64,000 nt of DNA from Takakia lepidozioides (lineage: Eukaryota; Plantae; Bryophyta): assembly GCA_030704615.1 (NCBI GenBank), contig CM060731.1, positions 60,636,001 through 60,700,000 on the forward strand. The letters are read 5' to 3'. Below are positions 35,901 to 52,260 of the stretch, one piece after another (the first letter of the stretch is position 1; each line of letters starts with the position of its first letter). The notes under the pieces are model-generated. The model saw only the letters and a list, made by a program, of their open reading frames with translations, was not told the DNA's origin and did no database searches. Both the position numbers and the translations under genes were made by a program.

Positions 35901-37048
35901 GGAGCTTGTTCTTGTCTTGCTGCTTTAGTTGGCCTCCTCCTGTACCATGAGTGCATCATGTGTGCCCAAATTGCTTGTGGAACCTTCATCCAGGTCCCTT
36001 CACCACATTCCCAGTCATGTTGTATATGCAATAACCCCATTTCTTTCCATTGTATATACTTTCTATATTTATGATTAGTCTGTCTGCATTTGAACTTTCA
36101 GGGCGGTTGTTTGCTCTATAGAGAAAGGGTTGATGAGTAGGAGTTTGTAGAATCAAGGAGAGATGCTCGATTCGAAGGGACAAAATGTGACATATGCACA
36201 GGTTGGTGTGCTCAGGTGGAGGCAATCATGAACGACTTTGTTCAGTTGCATGCTGATGCAGATCACAACGAACTTGAAAGCATGGTTGAAGGTCAATGCT
36301 CTGCCTGAGCTTTTGTGTGAGCCTGGTGCCTGCACCTTGACAGAGGGAAGTGTGCTAGTAGTGTGCGGATTTTCACAAGGTATCAAAATGGGTGTGGCAG
36401 GAACACTGGAAGGATTCTCATTTGACTCGGATGAAGAGGGAGAACGACCAGCTCCAGCTGCTGCTACTAACAAAGATGCACCTGAAGATAGTGATGATGG
36501 CGCCACACCATCCAAGCAGATGAAAACTTCCACCAAAACTGGAGTATGATACCCATGCGTCTTTCTATAAACTGTAGATGTGATCACACGGGCCATGAGA
36601 CCTTAAATTGGTCCAAGATTGGACTCCTTAGGTGGTCTAAGTAGGTGTGGAACTTGATGCCAGAAAGATTCTCCATTTACTGAGAAGCTAATGTGTATGT
36701 TCAATGCAGAAGGCAGGCAAGGGCAAGTCGCTGGCAAAGAAAACAGCAGCAGGCAAAGGCAAAGCTTCACGGGGCAAAGGCAAAGCTGTCCCTAAGGTTC
36801 TAATCTGTAGCCCTCGACCTTTGATTTGGTTTGTATTTGCCTTCCTCTATCAAACACGTACTACCCATCTTAGTTTTCTGGTTGTTTTTATGCCTCGCAA
36901 GTTTGCTTCATTGCAGTGCACAGCCAGACAGGTATAGTAAAGAAGTATCTTCATAAGGCAACTCTTGCAGGGTGGAGGTGGCAAGAAAACAGCAGCCAAG
37001 AAGACTTCCAAGCCTTCTGTTACCAAGAAACCCAAGGGGAAGGTATAG
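32912..37048 (+). CDS. BIN4: DNA-binding protein BIN4/MIDGET (topoisomerase VI complex); about 10 exons (32912-32962, 33086-33850, 34434-34484, 34764-34884, 35612-35658, 35857-35883, 36216-36291, 36401-36543, 36710-36796, 36971-37048)
   Basis: N-terminal DSPDWL. The spliced core LPLVFAEKIHKSK|VLVECEGDALDLSGDMGAVGRF...LLLDLKG|VIYKTTIVPSNTFFV|VNVGQAEAK|VEAIMNDFVQL...SMVEG|TLEGFSFDSDEE matches the BIN4 conserved domain. Lys-rich tail; the exact stop is uncertain. Confidence 0.88.
35003..35478 (-). mobile_element. 5'-truncated LINE insertion in a BIN4 intron
   Basis: Perfect 15-bp TSD TGTGGTAGTGGAATG at 34988-35002 and 35479-35493. Encodes GTRLKFKLR...ECNC/LCGQ...FLIHCP...[12 protein letters not shown]-like sequence (ORF2 C-terminal zinc knuckle) and has a short TACAT tail. 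Confidence 0.85.
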
Positions 37049-38473
37049 GTTGCTCTGTCTTGTGTAATGGTTTATTATAATCTAATATCCTTACCACATT
37101 GAGGCTCTCCAAAAAGTTGACTTCAATCAGTGAAACGTGTGTACAAGTTAGTATGTGACAAGCTGTGAAATCTTTTGACATGGTCACAAGTTGGTAATCA
37201 GATTGGAAGGATCGACTTTATGTATCCTCTCCTAGATTGGTGAATCTCTTGAACATGGACATATATTAGGGCCACTTTACACTATGGTGACGTTTGGGGA
37301 GTTTGAGCCTTGTCACTTGTTACAAGACTCAGACCCTCATGTGGGTACTGGACACACATTCCTTGCATTGGAAGACAACCTTGTATGGTCTAACACATTC
37401 CCTTTACATTTCTGGAGACAGCTTAAAAGACTCCTCATAATGACCGTGCCCAGTAGACCCTGCAATCATCACAGTCCTCAAGATCACATTGTGTTCGGGC
37501 ATCTTCAAGAAGACTCGTCGCGCAGCTGCCACACTCCCGCACCTACAGTTCAGTCTGACAACAAGACATCATCAATTTACTATCCACCTTCAAGCAACGG
37601 AAATTGAAAGAAGCACCTGGGAAATCGACTTCGAGACAGAGAGGTATCGCAACTGCAAGTAAACTAGCCCTAACCCTTTGTGTCATACAACATCAGTTTT
37701 CGTCTGTGCAAAGGCCCCAAACTTGAAGGAAGATCTTGACAAAGAATGTGGATCGGGAAGAATTTTATCGATTCTCCGGGCAAACAAGGTCGCCCTGATT
37801 TGAAGAGTGTGCTGGAGAGTGGAACACTCCTCATTACTGGAATTGGATGAAGAAAGGGGCTGCAAGGGTAGGGCACCAACTTTCTGAGCCTCTAAAACTT
37901 CTGCAAGATGGTCAGCCAACAAGAAGAAGGGTTTTGTGTACAATTCCAATACTTTGGTTATATCGGATGCGAGTAAACCAGAAGACATTTCCAATATATG
38001 CGACAAGCACCTGGAAAAGCTGATTTGTACAAAACAATACGATGGGAATTGGGAACTGTGGACTACTACAAAGTGAACAAAAGAAAGCGCTCTTAGTCTA
38101 CCTCAGCTTTCAGCTTCAAGCTTACCTGCGCTCTTGTGAAAGAACTGCTAGCGAGCCCTTCATGAGACACTGAAGCCCTTGAACATCGGCGATGGCAGCT
38201 AAACCTCTCGACCTTCCTTCACTCGTCGCTCACGAGGCTGCTTTCAGACAAGGAGAATAATCTGAACAGCGCACTTGACGACAATCCGGTAGAGACGGAT
38301 CTTCGTAAGAATCGCCATTCCTCCCTCAGGGCTGGAATGATTCGAATATACTTACATTGGTGGATCAGCCCATATGTTTGCCCAACCCTGGTTTGAGCCC
38401 AGGACCTGATACTTAGAAGGTGTGGCCGCCTTTTGGATCAACCCTAAAGCACTGACATTGCGGGGAACGATGG

Positions 38474-38655
38474 ATGGATGAACTCTCTGAGGATATAGGA
38501 TGAATGATGCGCGGCAGGTTGGTCGGGGTGGATGAGTGGGAGAACTGTTGCAGGGAGGCAATGGATGAACTCTCTGAGGATGTGGGATGAATGGGCGTAG
38601 GCAGTTTGGTCGGGGTGGATGAGTGGAGAACAGTTGGAGGGAGGCGATGGATGGA
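38474..38655. repeat. Two-copy ~87-bp tandem duplication upstream of the ankyrin gene
   Basis: tggatgaactctctgaggat...ggtcggggtggatgagtgg.agaac.gttg.agggaggc occurs twice. Confidence 0.7.
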
Positions 38656-39875
38656 CGAGAAGCAAGGACGGTGGAATGTCCGCGGGTGGAAGCGAAGCGC
38701 AGTCGGGGCATCCGCGAGATCTCGCACAGAAACTGCAGCGCATTGCTGCCAAAATGGGAGCAAGCCAGACTCTTGTGCTGCCATCGCGCTCTGCGTTGCC
38801 TTGTTTGGAGCTGGAAGATTAGTCGAGGCATCGCTGGGGCTGCGGGGACATGCTGCGGGACCTTCGCTTGAGAAGCAAGAGGCAATTATGAAAGTGATTG
38901 ATTGTTTTGGAAGGTCCAGCCGAGGATTGTGAGAAAGGGGAGGGGAGAGGAGTGGCAGGGCTCAGGGGATGATTTAATGGTGATTTGGTGCCTCGGGTGA
39001 TCAACTTTCTAGTCTGTTTACTCGTCGGGGGCACGAAGGCTGCTTTACAAGATGTGTGGGGGAAGGAAACATCCAAAGGAGGCTGGAGACAGCGACGGGA
39101 TGTGTTTACATGCTGATAGGAGAAGAAGGTGGTGTTGTATGGATTGAGAAGTCTTCCGGTTTGAAGCCGAAGTGAGACTGGAGACGGCGAAGTGGGGGTA
39201 TCTGCCTTGTACGAGTCGGAAGAAGCAGCTCAAACCATGCTAGAGCAGGATCAAAATGTTGGGGATTGCTGAAAGCCGGCGGCGCAAAGAGAGACATGGG
39301 TGTGACGAGGAAGCAGCTGTTGCTGATCATAGGATATAACGTTCTTCGGTGGTTGTGATATGCAGTGATTGTGGGACGGGGACGCTTTGTGAAGAGGCGG
39401 TGGCGGGCGTGACGAGTGGGTGTCATAGCACGGGGCATGATGTTGGTTTTGGAAGGGGCTTGCTTGCTGAAGTCGAGGTTCCCAAGCCCCCATTTTACAA
39501 GTGGTGACGCTTTATCTGGTCTTCAGCTGCTTCGGAGTTGGACTTGTGACCAGCCTTTGGCGCTATGGTCATGATGGCAATCACTTCATGGGTCATTCGA
39601 CGGATTGTCAGAGGACAAGCTCTCTCAGAAGAAGCAGCGGATTGCCTTGTTGGTGGACATAGTAGGGACATGCAACCAGAGCAGGGGTATCGTATTTCAG
39701 GGAAAGCCTTCTAGATACGGAGGCCGTGTTAGTATTGCAGATGGGAGTTGGTTCCAACACAAACATTGACGACAACTGTAGCAGGTAGAATCAGTTGAAC
39801 CAAGGGGTGGCCTTCGGCTCTTTACATCAAAGTGATACATATGCCAAGACAAGAGTGAGAGTGGAGGAACATCAG

Positions 39876-42800
39876 ATGGCGCAGCTTTTGCCAGAGGAGA
39901 TTGCGCAGTATGCACACAGTCCGGTGCATGCGGCGGTCGCCCAGCGTGATCATGCAACTCTTCACCGGATTCTGTGTGCACTTCCCCGCCCTGCAAAAGC
40001 TGGCGACGTCCGGACAGAGGCAGAATCGATTGTAGCAGAGCAGCGGGCCGACGAGGTGTCAGCCGTGATTGATCGACGCGATGTGCCAGGCCGGGAAACG
40101 CCCCTGCATCTGGCAGTCCGTCTTGGGGATGCCAGTGTTGTGGAGATGTTGATGGCTGCAGGGGCCGATTGGAGCTTGCAGAACGAGCAGGGATGGAGTG
40201 CTCTGCAGGAAGCGGTGTGTGCAAGGGAGGAGGCAATTGCAGTTATCATCACCAGGCATTACCAGCCTATGGCGTGGGCCAAGTGGTGCCGCCGACTGCC
40301 TCGACTTGCAGCCACCATGCGGCGAATGCGAGACTTTTATATGGAAATTACCTTCCATTTTGAGAGCTCGGTGATACCCTTCATCGGCCGCATTGCACCC
40401 TCTGACACATATCGGATATGGAAACGGGGTTCCAATCTTAGGGCAGATATGACCCTGGCAGGGTTTGATGGTTTTCGAATTCATAGGTCAGACCAGAGTT
40501 TCTTGTTCTTAGGGGATGGGAGTGAAGATGGAAGACTTGGGCCAGGCACACTCTGTGTGCTTACCCATAAAGACAAGGAGGTGGCAAATGCCTTGGAAGG
40601 GGCAGGGGTCCAGCCATCGGAGTCTGAAATTGCTCAAGAAGTCGCAGCTATGTCACGCACCAATATGTATAGGCCTGGTAGGTGTTTCTGGGCTCTTTTC
40701 TTAGCTGTACATCAGGCTCTTAAACTTTCTGACTTCATTCACCATGCTAGAAAGTGTTCTCCAATTGAAAGCCAGAGAGCCTTGAAGAGAATTTGCTAGG
40801 GAAGCCTGAAGCCCTGGAGCTTTAAGCGGCTGCAACTCATCAATCTTCAACTCATCAATCGTCCGTGAAGAGAGAAAGCAAGCAAGAGGTGAGACGTGGT
40901 AGACGTATAGAGAGAGCAGGTCAGGCGAGGACCTGGTTCTTATACTCAGAGAGATGGAAGGGTATCTTTTGCTGAGCAGATTGTCAAAGAAATTAGCATT
41001 AGAGATAGTTTTGGGATGGAAGATTGACGTCCTTGAGAGCGGTGATAGCATTAGCCGCCTGGTGTTGCTTCACTTCGATGAAGTAGCGGGTCATTTTCTC
41101 TACCCTGAGAGACCGATTAATACTGAGTTTGAGAGCCTCGTCCTTCATTCTACGGTAGCTGTCAAAGGTTGAATTTAGCCAAAGTAGAAGAAGCCTGCGT
41201 ATGTGGGCCCTTCGAAGGTTGTGCTCCATGAGCATGATAAGAGAAGGAATCCTTCACCCCTGTGCTGCAATTTCTGAGGTATTGGGCAACTTACAACAAT
41301 ACCTGACCAGCTGCAGCCCAGCTCTGGCCAAATGTCAGACAGCAGGCTCGGTGAAATTGAGGGATGACACTGAACACAGCAGCGGACGAGAAAACCCTAC
41401 TCTTAACGGGACCTGAATATGCCTGCATTATTTCCTCACCCTAATGTTGGATTGACTTTAGTGGTCTTAATGCACAGCGAGTGTAAACAGGTCAGTCAAA
41501 AGTGTTTTGTGACACAGGTCACCTCCCTAAGCTCTTTATACCGGTCTTAGGCGATTGTGCCCTACCCTGAGTTACAGGTGCTCCTGGTGCTTGAGCTGCA
41601 GCTACCTGTGCTCATAGCCAAATGGTCCCCGTGAAACTATTGAAGGAATATGATTCTTTTTATGTGTTTACTCACTGGATGGATTGGTCGCTGAGAGTTC
41701 TTGCTGCTCGTAGACAGTGCTGGTTTCCTCCTGTGCAGCTTGCTCAGCTGTACTGTTTATTCTACTGACAGAAGTGAAGGTCGTGAAGAAAGTTGTAATG
41801 TACCCTGTGCTCAGCATATGCACTAGGATTCTGCGAACCCATCTTTTTCACCTGTCAGTGTGAGGGGTAGTCATCACCACGAGTGACTAGCTTGCTGTAC
41901 CATTCTAGGTTTTGGTCAATGTTGTGTTGGGTGTGCTTTTGCAAGTCTGATCATAGGACCACTTGAATCTGTTGTCAAATGGCATCTGAAGAGACTTTGT
42001 TGCAGGTATTGACGTTACCCAGGCTGAGCTTGCCTCTCAGATAACATGGAGGCGTCAGGAGAAGACAGAGATGGTGGGCCCTTGGAAGGCCAAGATATAT
42101 GACATGCACAATGTACAGGTTAGTGTTATCGAGTACTAGACTTGGTCAGGCCATCCCCTGTTGGGTGGGTGGTTTTGGTATTTCCTGTTTACTTGGATGA
42201 TATGATGGGGTAATTATTTGCTTTATTTGTTTCAATGGTGGCAGCTGCGGTTTCCCCGGACATGTGTAAGAGCATGTTGAGGCACATTTGGATTAGGAAC
42301 TGTTTTTGACCTGTTTTAAGGAATCTCACCACAACCAAATTTGAATTGAGTGAGTCATTTATTAGGTTAAATTAGATGAAACAAATGTGATGGTTTCTTG
42401 TTCATGTTCTTAATTATGTGTCGTCCTTATTTTGTGAGTGTTTTTTATGTACAGGTCAGTGTTAGATCAAGAAGAGTTCCTGGAGCAATGACTGATGAGG
42501 AGCTCTTCGCAGTTGAGAGCGACAGACAAGACACTGAGCTGGACGAAGACTACGGCAATTTGTTGACAACTGAAGAGAAAGAGCAACTGGAAAGTGTCCT
42601 GAAATCTGATCATGCAGATATCGGGGATGACAGTTTGGATGGTGCTGCTAGACAAGATTTTGGCACCCAGAATGGAAGCTATGACTATTTGACAGAAGGG
42701 GATGATGATGGATTTCTAGATGACGGAACTGAGTTTCATCTTAGGCAGACATCACATCAAAATGGAAATAGTGGATTGATGGGGTCCCAAAAGGAGGAGA

Positions 42801-44258
42801 AAAAGGGCCGTTGGTTCGGTTGGGGAAAGCGCAGTGTCAAACATCGTGAGGGTGGAAAGAAGATGGAGTCGACGAGAACTGATGAAAGGTTTGCTGACAA
42901 GGGTTCTGATGGAGCTAGCTCAAGTACAGAGCCTTCAAGAAAGGCCAGGCAGAACCCTGGAAATCCAGCAGAGAGCGGATGGAAGCCAGTTAGTGGTCGA
43001 CGGTCTGTTGATAGTCGGCGGTCTGTCGACAGCCAGATGGCCGCTTTTGATAGCCGGGTGCCTGTCGACAGAAGAGCTTCTAATGTTGATGAGCTTATGC
43101 CGAGAAAGGGGAAGGGGAAGGAGTATAAAGCAGCAGCTGTCAAGAACACCGCCAGTAACAAGGAGTTGCTGAAGGGTAGTAGAAGCCGCCGAAGTACACC
43201 AAAGACAGAGGGTACCTCTGAGAGCGAGTACAAGAAGGGGTTGCGACCCATTCTGTGGTTGACCCCTGATTTTCCTCTGAAGACAGAGGAGTTGTTGCCT
43301 CTACTAGACATATTGGCGAACAAGGTCAAAGCCATTCGTCGGTTGCGGGAGTTGCTTACCACCAAGCTGCCTCCAGGAACATTTCCTGTTAAGGTCTGTT
43401 GGATGTTTCAAGCTTTATATGGCTTCTAGGTGTTTACCTGTGCAAAACTGTGGGTACTAAGAAAGTGGCAAAGTCTTGTTGGCAATCGCCTTTGTTCGTG
43501 ATTATTGTCATTCTAACCGAATGACATGGAGTTGGCAACATCTTACAACATGGTTGTGGATTCAGTTGTATGTCTGGTCTTGTTAATTATTTGGTGTTAG
43601 TGGCTTTTAAAAAAAAGAAACTTCCTCGACTCCAAGATACTGTTTGGTAGTCCATAAGAAGGATCCATAGTGATGATAGGTATTTGTACCACTCAGTTTT
43701 CTTGCCGCAACAGATGTAAAATTGAGCTGAACTAAACGATCCTATTCACATGTCAAGGCTATGAGACCTTTTCAAGCGGAAGGTTATCAAACCGCATGCT
43801 GCGTTTCCTTTCAGACCTAGAATGTTGGAGATATTAAAATTTTGATTTGGTGGGGTTGGGGTTGACAGGTGGCTATCCCAGTGGTCCCAACAATTAGAGT
43901 GGTGGTCACATTCACCAAGTTTGAGGAATTGCGTCCTAATGAGGAGTTTGCGACCCCACTTTCAAGCCCAAGGCACTTTCAGGATGCTAAGGCAGACGGG
44001 GATTCGGCTCAGCCTCCAACTGGGTGGTTTTTATGGATGCGAGGATCACAAAGTCTTGCCAGGGGAGGCATGTTGGGTGGTGGTTTGGAGGAGTTGCTGG
44101 ATGAGGAAGTTGACCCATTTCTGATTCCCAGTGATTACCGGTGGATTGATCTGGATGAGAAAAAACGGCGAATGAAGGAGAAGAAGGGGAAGAGAAAGGG
44201 GAAGAAGTCCACACTGCCGACCAAGGAGGGGTTGGAAAGCGACCTGGATAGTCCCTAG
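39876..44258 (+). CDS. Ankyrin repeat domain-containing protein 13-like (ankyrin plus GPCR-chaperone domain); exons 39876-40677, 42006-42118, 42455-43393, 43869-44258
   Basis: YAHSPVH; RETPLHLAVRLGD; ADWSLQNEQGWSALQEA; MRDFYMEITFHFESSVIPF; LRADMTLAGFDG; YKKGLRPILWLTPDFPLKTEELLPLLDILANKVKAIRRLRELLTTKLPPGTFPVK|VAIPVVPTIRV. GT-AG junctions are in phase. Confidence 0.92.
40990..41240 (-). mobile_element. Possible degenerate L1 ORF2 linker fragment in ankyrin-gene intron 1
   Basis: EKMTRYFIEVKQHQAANAITALKD resembles the GEK.TKYF...K.R...N.I..LKD segment between the L1 endonuclease and RT domains. Confidence 0.4.
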
Positions 44259-46660
44259 CTTCTTTGCTGGATTGGTTATCTTGGTAAGTTCGGCCAGATG
44301 TATAGTTGGTGAAGGTATTCTAGCTTGAGGCTCTTTTTCAAAGAGCTGTGGCCTGACTCCAGTCAGTATGCTGCCTTGCCAGAACAGGTGGATCAATGGT
44401 GGCCTTGCTTAATTATATCTGTTGTCATTGTCCATTGGGGGAATTTTTTTGTAGATGGCTACATCTTTCTTATATTGGCCCACTGTACCTTTTGGCTGTC
44501 TACTTGCATTTGAGATGTGGAGCCATGTGCCCATCTGGGAGTTAATTTTGACTCCACTTTTTCTTGCCTTGTGAATACATACATGCGCACAAGTTAAAAG
44601 TATACCCAACAAAAACAGTACGTAGTTGTGGAAGTGGTGGTTCTTAAGTCCTTGTCCCTGCCTTACACTAACCAATGGAAGGAGAAAATGCAGTGCAGGT
44701 GAAAATGAGCATCAAGATAGGAAGCACTTGCTCCAAGCTTTTGACTCTGAACAGTAGGAAACAACCTGGGTGGAATGTTTTGCATCTGCCTGCCAATATG
44801 GTGTTTGGTGGCAAATGTACCTCTCTTGGGAGTAAGTTTTCCTGTTGCTGTATACAAGGAAAATTGACTTCATGCCCCCCTGTCTAGTCTTCTCATCATA
44901 TGGTTAATAAGCTGGTGCTGTCCTCTCAGAAGTAATTTCAATATGATGTACTTCGAGCCAATGCATCAAAGCAGGGGAAAAAGTGTAAGTCGGTTGCATC
45001 AGTACAGTTTGATTTGTTGATGGATCCTTTGCTACACATGCACACTTTGGAAGCATTGACAGGACACACGCTGATTAGAATGAAGTACTGAAGAGCAGCT
45101 TACAGAAGCATTTTCCCTATAAGATATCAATAGTTCTGGAAAATGTGAGTATCAATGAGGACGAGGACAGTCTGATGTCGTCCTGATCAAATCATTATAG
45201 CATGGACCAGACAGACGATGTCACAGTTGGTGACCCATGCGGCCTCCCTTCTGTCGGTGCTGTCTTCAGGGATGGGTGGCACATCCTCTGCACTCAGAAG
45301 GGGCTAATCCACATCAGACAGACGGACATAAAACTTGATTACCAGCCAACGCCGTGCATTTTCCTTTGTCTCTGGAAGTGGTAGGAGCAAGACTTGGTAG
45401 TGTCGCATGAACAGCACTTCACCTGCCCTTGCAGCCTGAAGATGTGAATGCAAGGTTGGTGGATCAGTTAGTTCAATTAACCCATGAGTTTGAATGGTAT
45501 GCGACTGTCTATTGAGGTGTCAAAGTTCCAGTACTTGTAGGGAAGATGATGGGAGAGGTACTTGACTGAGTTGCACTCACATTGTAAGATCAAGTCTGTC
45601 ACTTTGTTCTTTCCACCTGTGTATGTGGCGCAACTTTGGTTCAAAGATGCAATGCCATCATCATGTAAAGAACTTGTATTTGACTTAGCGTCTCAATTGC
45701 TGATCACCAATATGCAAGGATCTGCTATTACCCAGTTTGATTGGGGTATCACAGTTTGCCATTGAAGCTCTCAAGTACCTGGTTGTGTTTACCAAACCCA
45801 TTTAACCATGGTGATTTGCATTACTTCTAATTCAACACCATCAAGTTGTTTGTATCTGAAGGCTTGGTTTTTAAGACAAGTCTGCCAATCCTTTGGACCT
45901 CTCAAAGGCCGGTTTATCGTGATCATGGATGCTCCAAGGCCAAGAGTTTTGAAGCTGAGTAAGAGGAGGTGTGCTTTTCATTGTAGGCTGTTGGAGGGTT
46001 AGACTGCATGACCCGTCAAGCTGAATTCCTCTAAAGTGTGAATATGATACCCTGCTGCTTGTCCCGAACTAACAATCTTGATCACACAGGGTTGATTTGT
46101 CAATTTTTGAAATCATGGAAGACAATCTCTATTCGACCCTACCAACTCTGTGTTTACAAGTTGCTCATTAGTACTTCCCGCTACAGTGCTCACTGGTGCT
46201 GTAATTTGACCTTCCATGATTCACTCTACCTATTCAATTGCTCTTCATTTTGAAGTTTTGCCTCAAACATGGCCTTTACATATGAAGACCTAAGAAGTAA
46301 ATAAATCTTTCACACAACACAAGGCTGCAGTTACGCCCTTCAAAAAACATCAAAAGACCTCTCATCAAAGCCACACAAGCCAGTGACCGTGTGTTGGACC
46401 ACCCAAAAGACTTTCTAAGCCATTAACTAGCAATCATCACATGCAGTTTTGAAGTTCCATCTAAACTCTCATTGTAGGTGGAGTTAAGTTAGGAAAGAGC
46501 AATAAATCATACAGTTTATATAGGTGAAATGTTTAATATGTACCCCTATGTCTAAAAACAATATTGGCATTTGAATGTAAAAGGCCAAGTTTAAGGGAGG
46601 CCATTGAAGGCTTCAGATCACAGAGAGCACTGCCCACTAGCCCAGATCTGAAAAGGCGAG

Positions 46661-50647
<3,987 letters not shown>

Positions 50648-52260
50648 TCACGAACTGGAGAAGTTGGAAGCAGACCAATGTGGAGAGTGAAAACGGAGAC
50701 TTGTAAATCACAGTCTTGGAACCTCCATTCTTTTACTGGCCTAGCAGGCCAGAAGGGTGAGCCGGAGTCTAACTATGGGCTGGAAATTTGTAATTCATCG
50801 AGGCCTACAATTGCACAAAAGAACTGAGCTTTTCGTTCCTACCATGAAATTGGTCTCGGTCCAGACATGGCTGGATAGAAAGCTGGTGGCTCCAAGAGAG
50901 CTTGCGAATCAGAGAGACACCCAAAGTCTCTATTTTGGGTGATCCACTTGTGCTGCAGTATACCGAGATAGCGGTGGGAGGTCGAGCAGAATCTCAGTGC
51001 GAAGTCTAAAAATTGGTGAAGACGAGTTGCAAGAGAACAGTGTTGGTACGAGGGCAGTGGAAAGATCAGTGATGCCTCACGGTGGACCCAAGAAGCATTG
51101 TGGGTTCCACGTGTCCGACCAACTGCTAGCAAACTATTGGGCGAGCATAATGTCGGCTCTCTGATTTCGGGCCGCAATGTGACGATCCCCCCCCGGCCCC
51201 TTATGTGCTATGTCTAGTCTCCTCATAGCGCCTTGAGGGGTTCTAGTCTAAGAAGAGAGAGGCAGCCAAGGATTTGCTCGTGCTGGTGCTCGTGCTGGTG
51301 CTGAAGAAGTGATAAGCCGAGCCGATCGTGTGTAGAGAAGGACCCACTTTTGGGTTTGGGAGAGATTCCAATGTAACATTGCCGATCACAATTTCAGTGT
51401 GTCGTGCTGCACGGCTCCTCATTTGCGGCCATGGGTGTCATGGAGGTGCTCCTTATTCCCCACCCCGACCCCCCTTTTTGCTCGTGATGGTCCAGACTTA
51501 GGTGATTGCATGGCTCTTGTGGATGATGCTGGTGAGTGTTGTGAGCAGCCTTCTCGATTTCGTCTCCTGCAGCTGCTGCACATCCCTCTTGGGACTCTGC
51601 GCACGACGGTCCCAATTGTCTTGAGCATTCCGACAGTTGTAGTTGTATTCAGTGTTGAGAGATATTTATGGTGAATTGTTGTATGCTCCGAATTGCTTGC
51701 ATTTCCGTGTGTTCTCCGTTCAGTCTGGGACCATCAATCTGCGTTGAGAACTAAATTGAATTGGGGCAACTTGCGGTATGATCTTCAGGCTGATGCTGGG
51801 TGGAAAATCTATTTTGGCATTCTAGTGGTAATCACATCCAGCAGTCAGTTTACTAGCATCTGACATAATCGTCAAACTGGAAAGAATACTCTGCATCTTG
51901 CGATTTTAAATGTGAAGGGGAGAGAACAGTGCTATCATTCGCCTGCATGTTGAGTCAAGATTGTTGAAATTTGCAAGCTAGAGGAGCAGACAATTTTGAC
52001 TGTGCCTAGCTCTGGATTTTCCTTGATAGAAGGAGCACATGCTGATTGAAGAGGAAGGCACACACACATGGTTTTATTATTCACAACATGGGAGTCAAAC
52101 GATGTTATTTTCGGAATGTATCCCTGATTCAGCTGAAGCTGTGGACACTTCTGAGACTCAGGGTTTAGGGTTTAGGACATTGGGAGATGCAAATTGGGTC
52201 TCCAGCTGTTGTAGTCTTCTGTAGTAGATATTAGGCTTGGTATGTCTGTACATGTAAGAA

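Noticed and set aside
37550-38330. Possible spliced minus-strand gene between BIN4 and the ankyrin gene
   Set aside because: Splice-like sites exist, but I could not build a consistent open frame or recognise a domain.
52160-52177. AGGGTTTAGGGTTTAGG telomere-like repeat
   Set aside because: Only about 2.5 units. At most a telo-box, with no support for an interstitial telomere.
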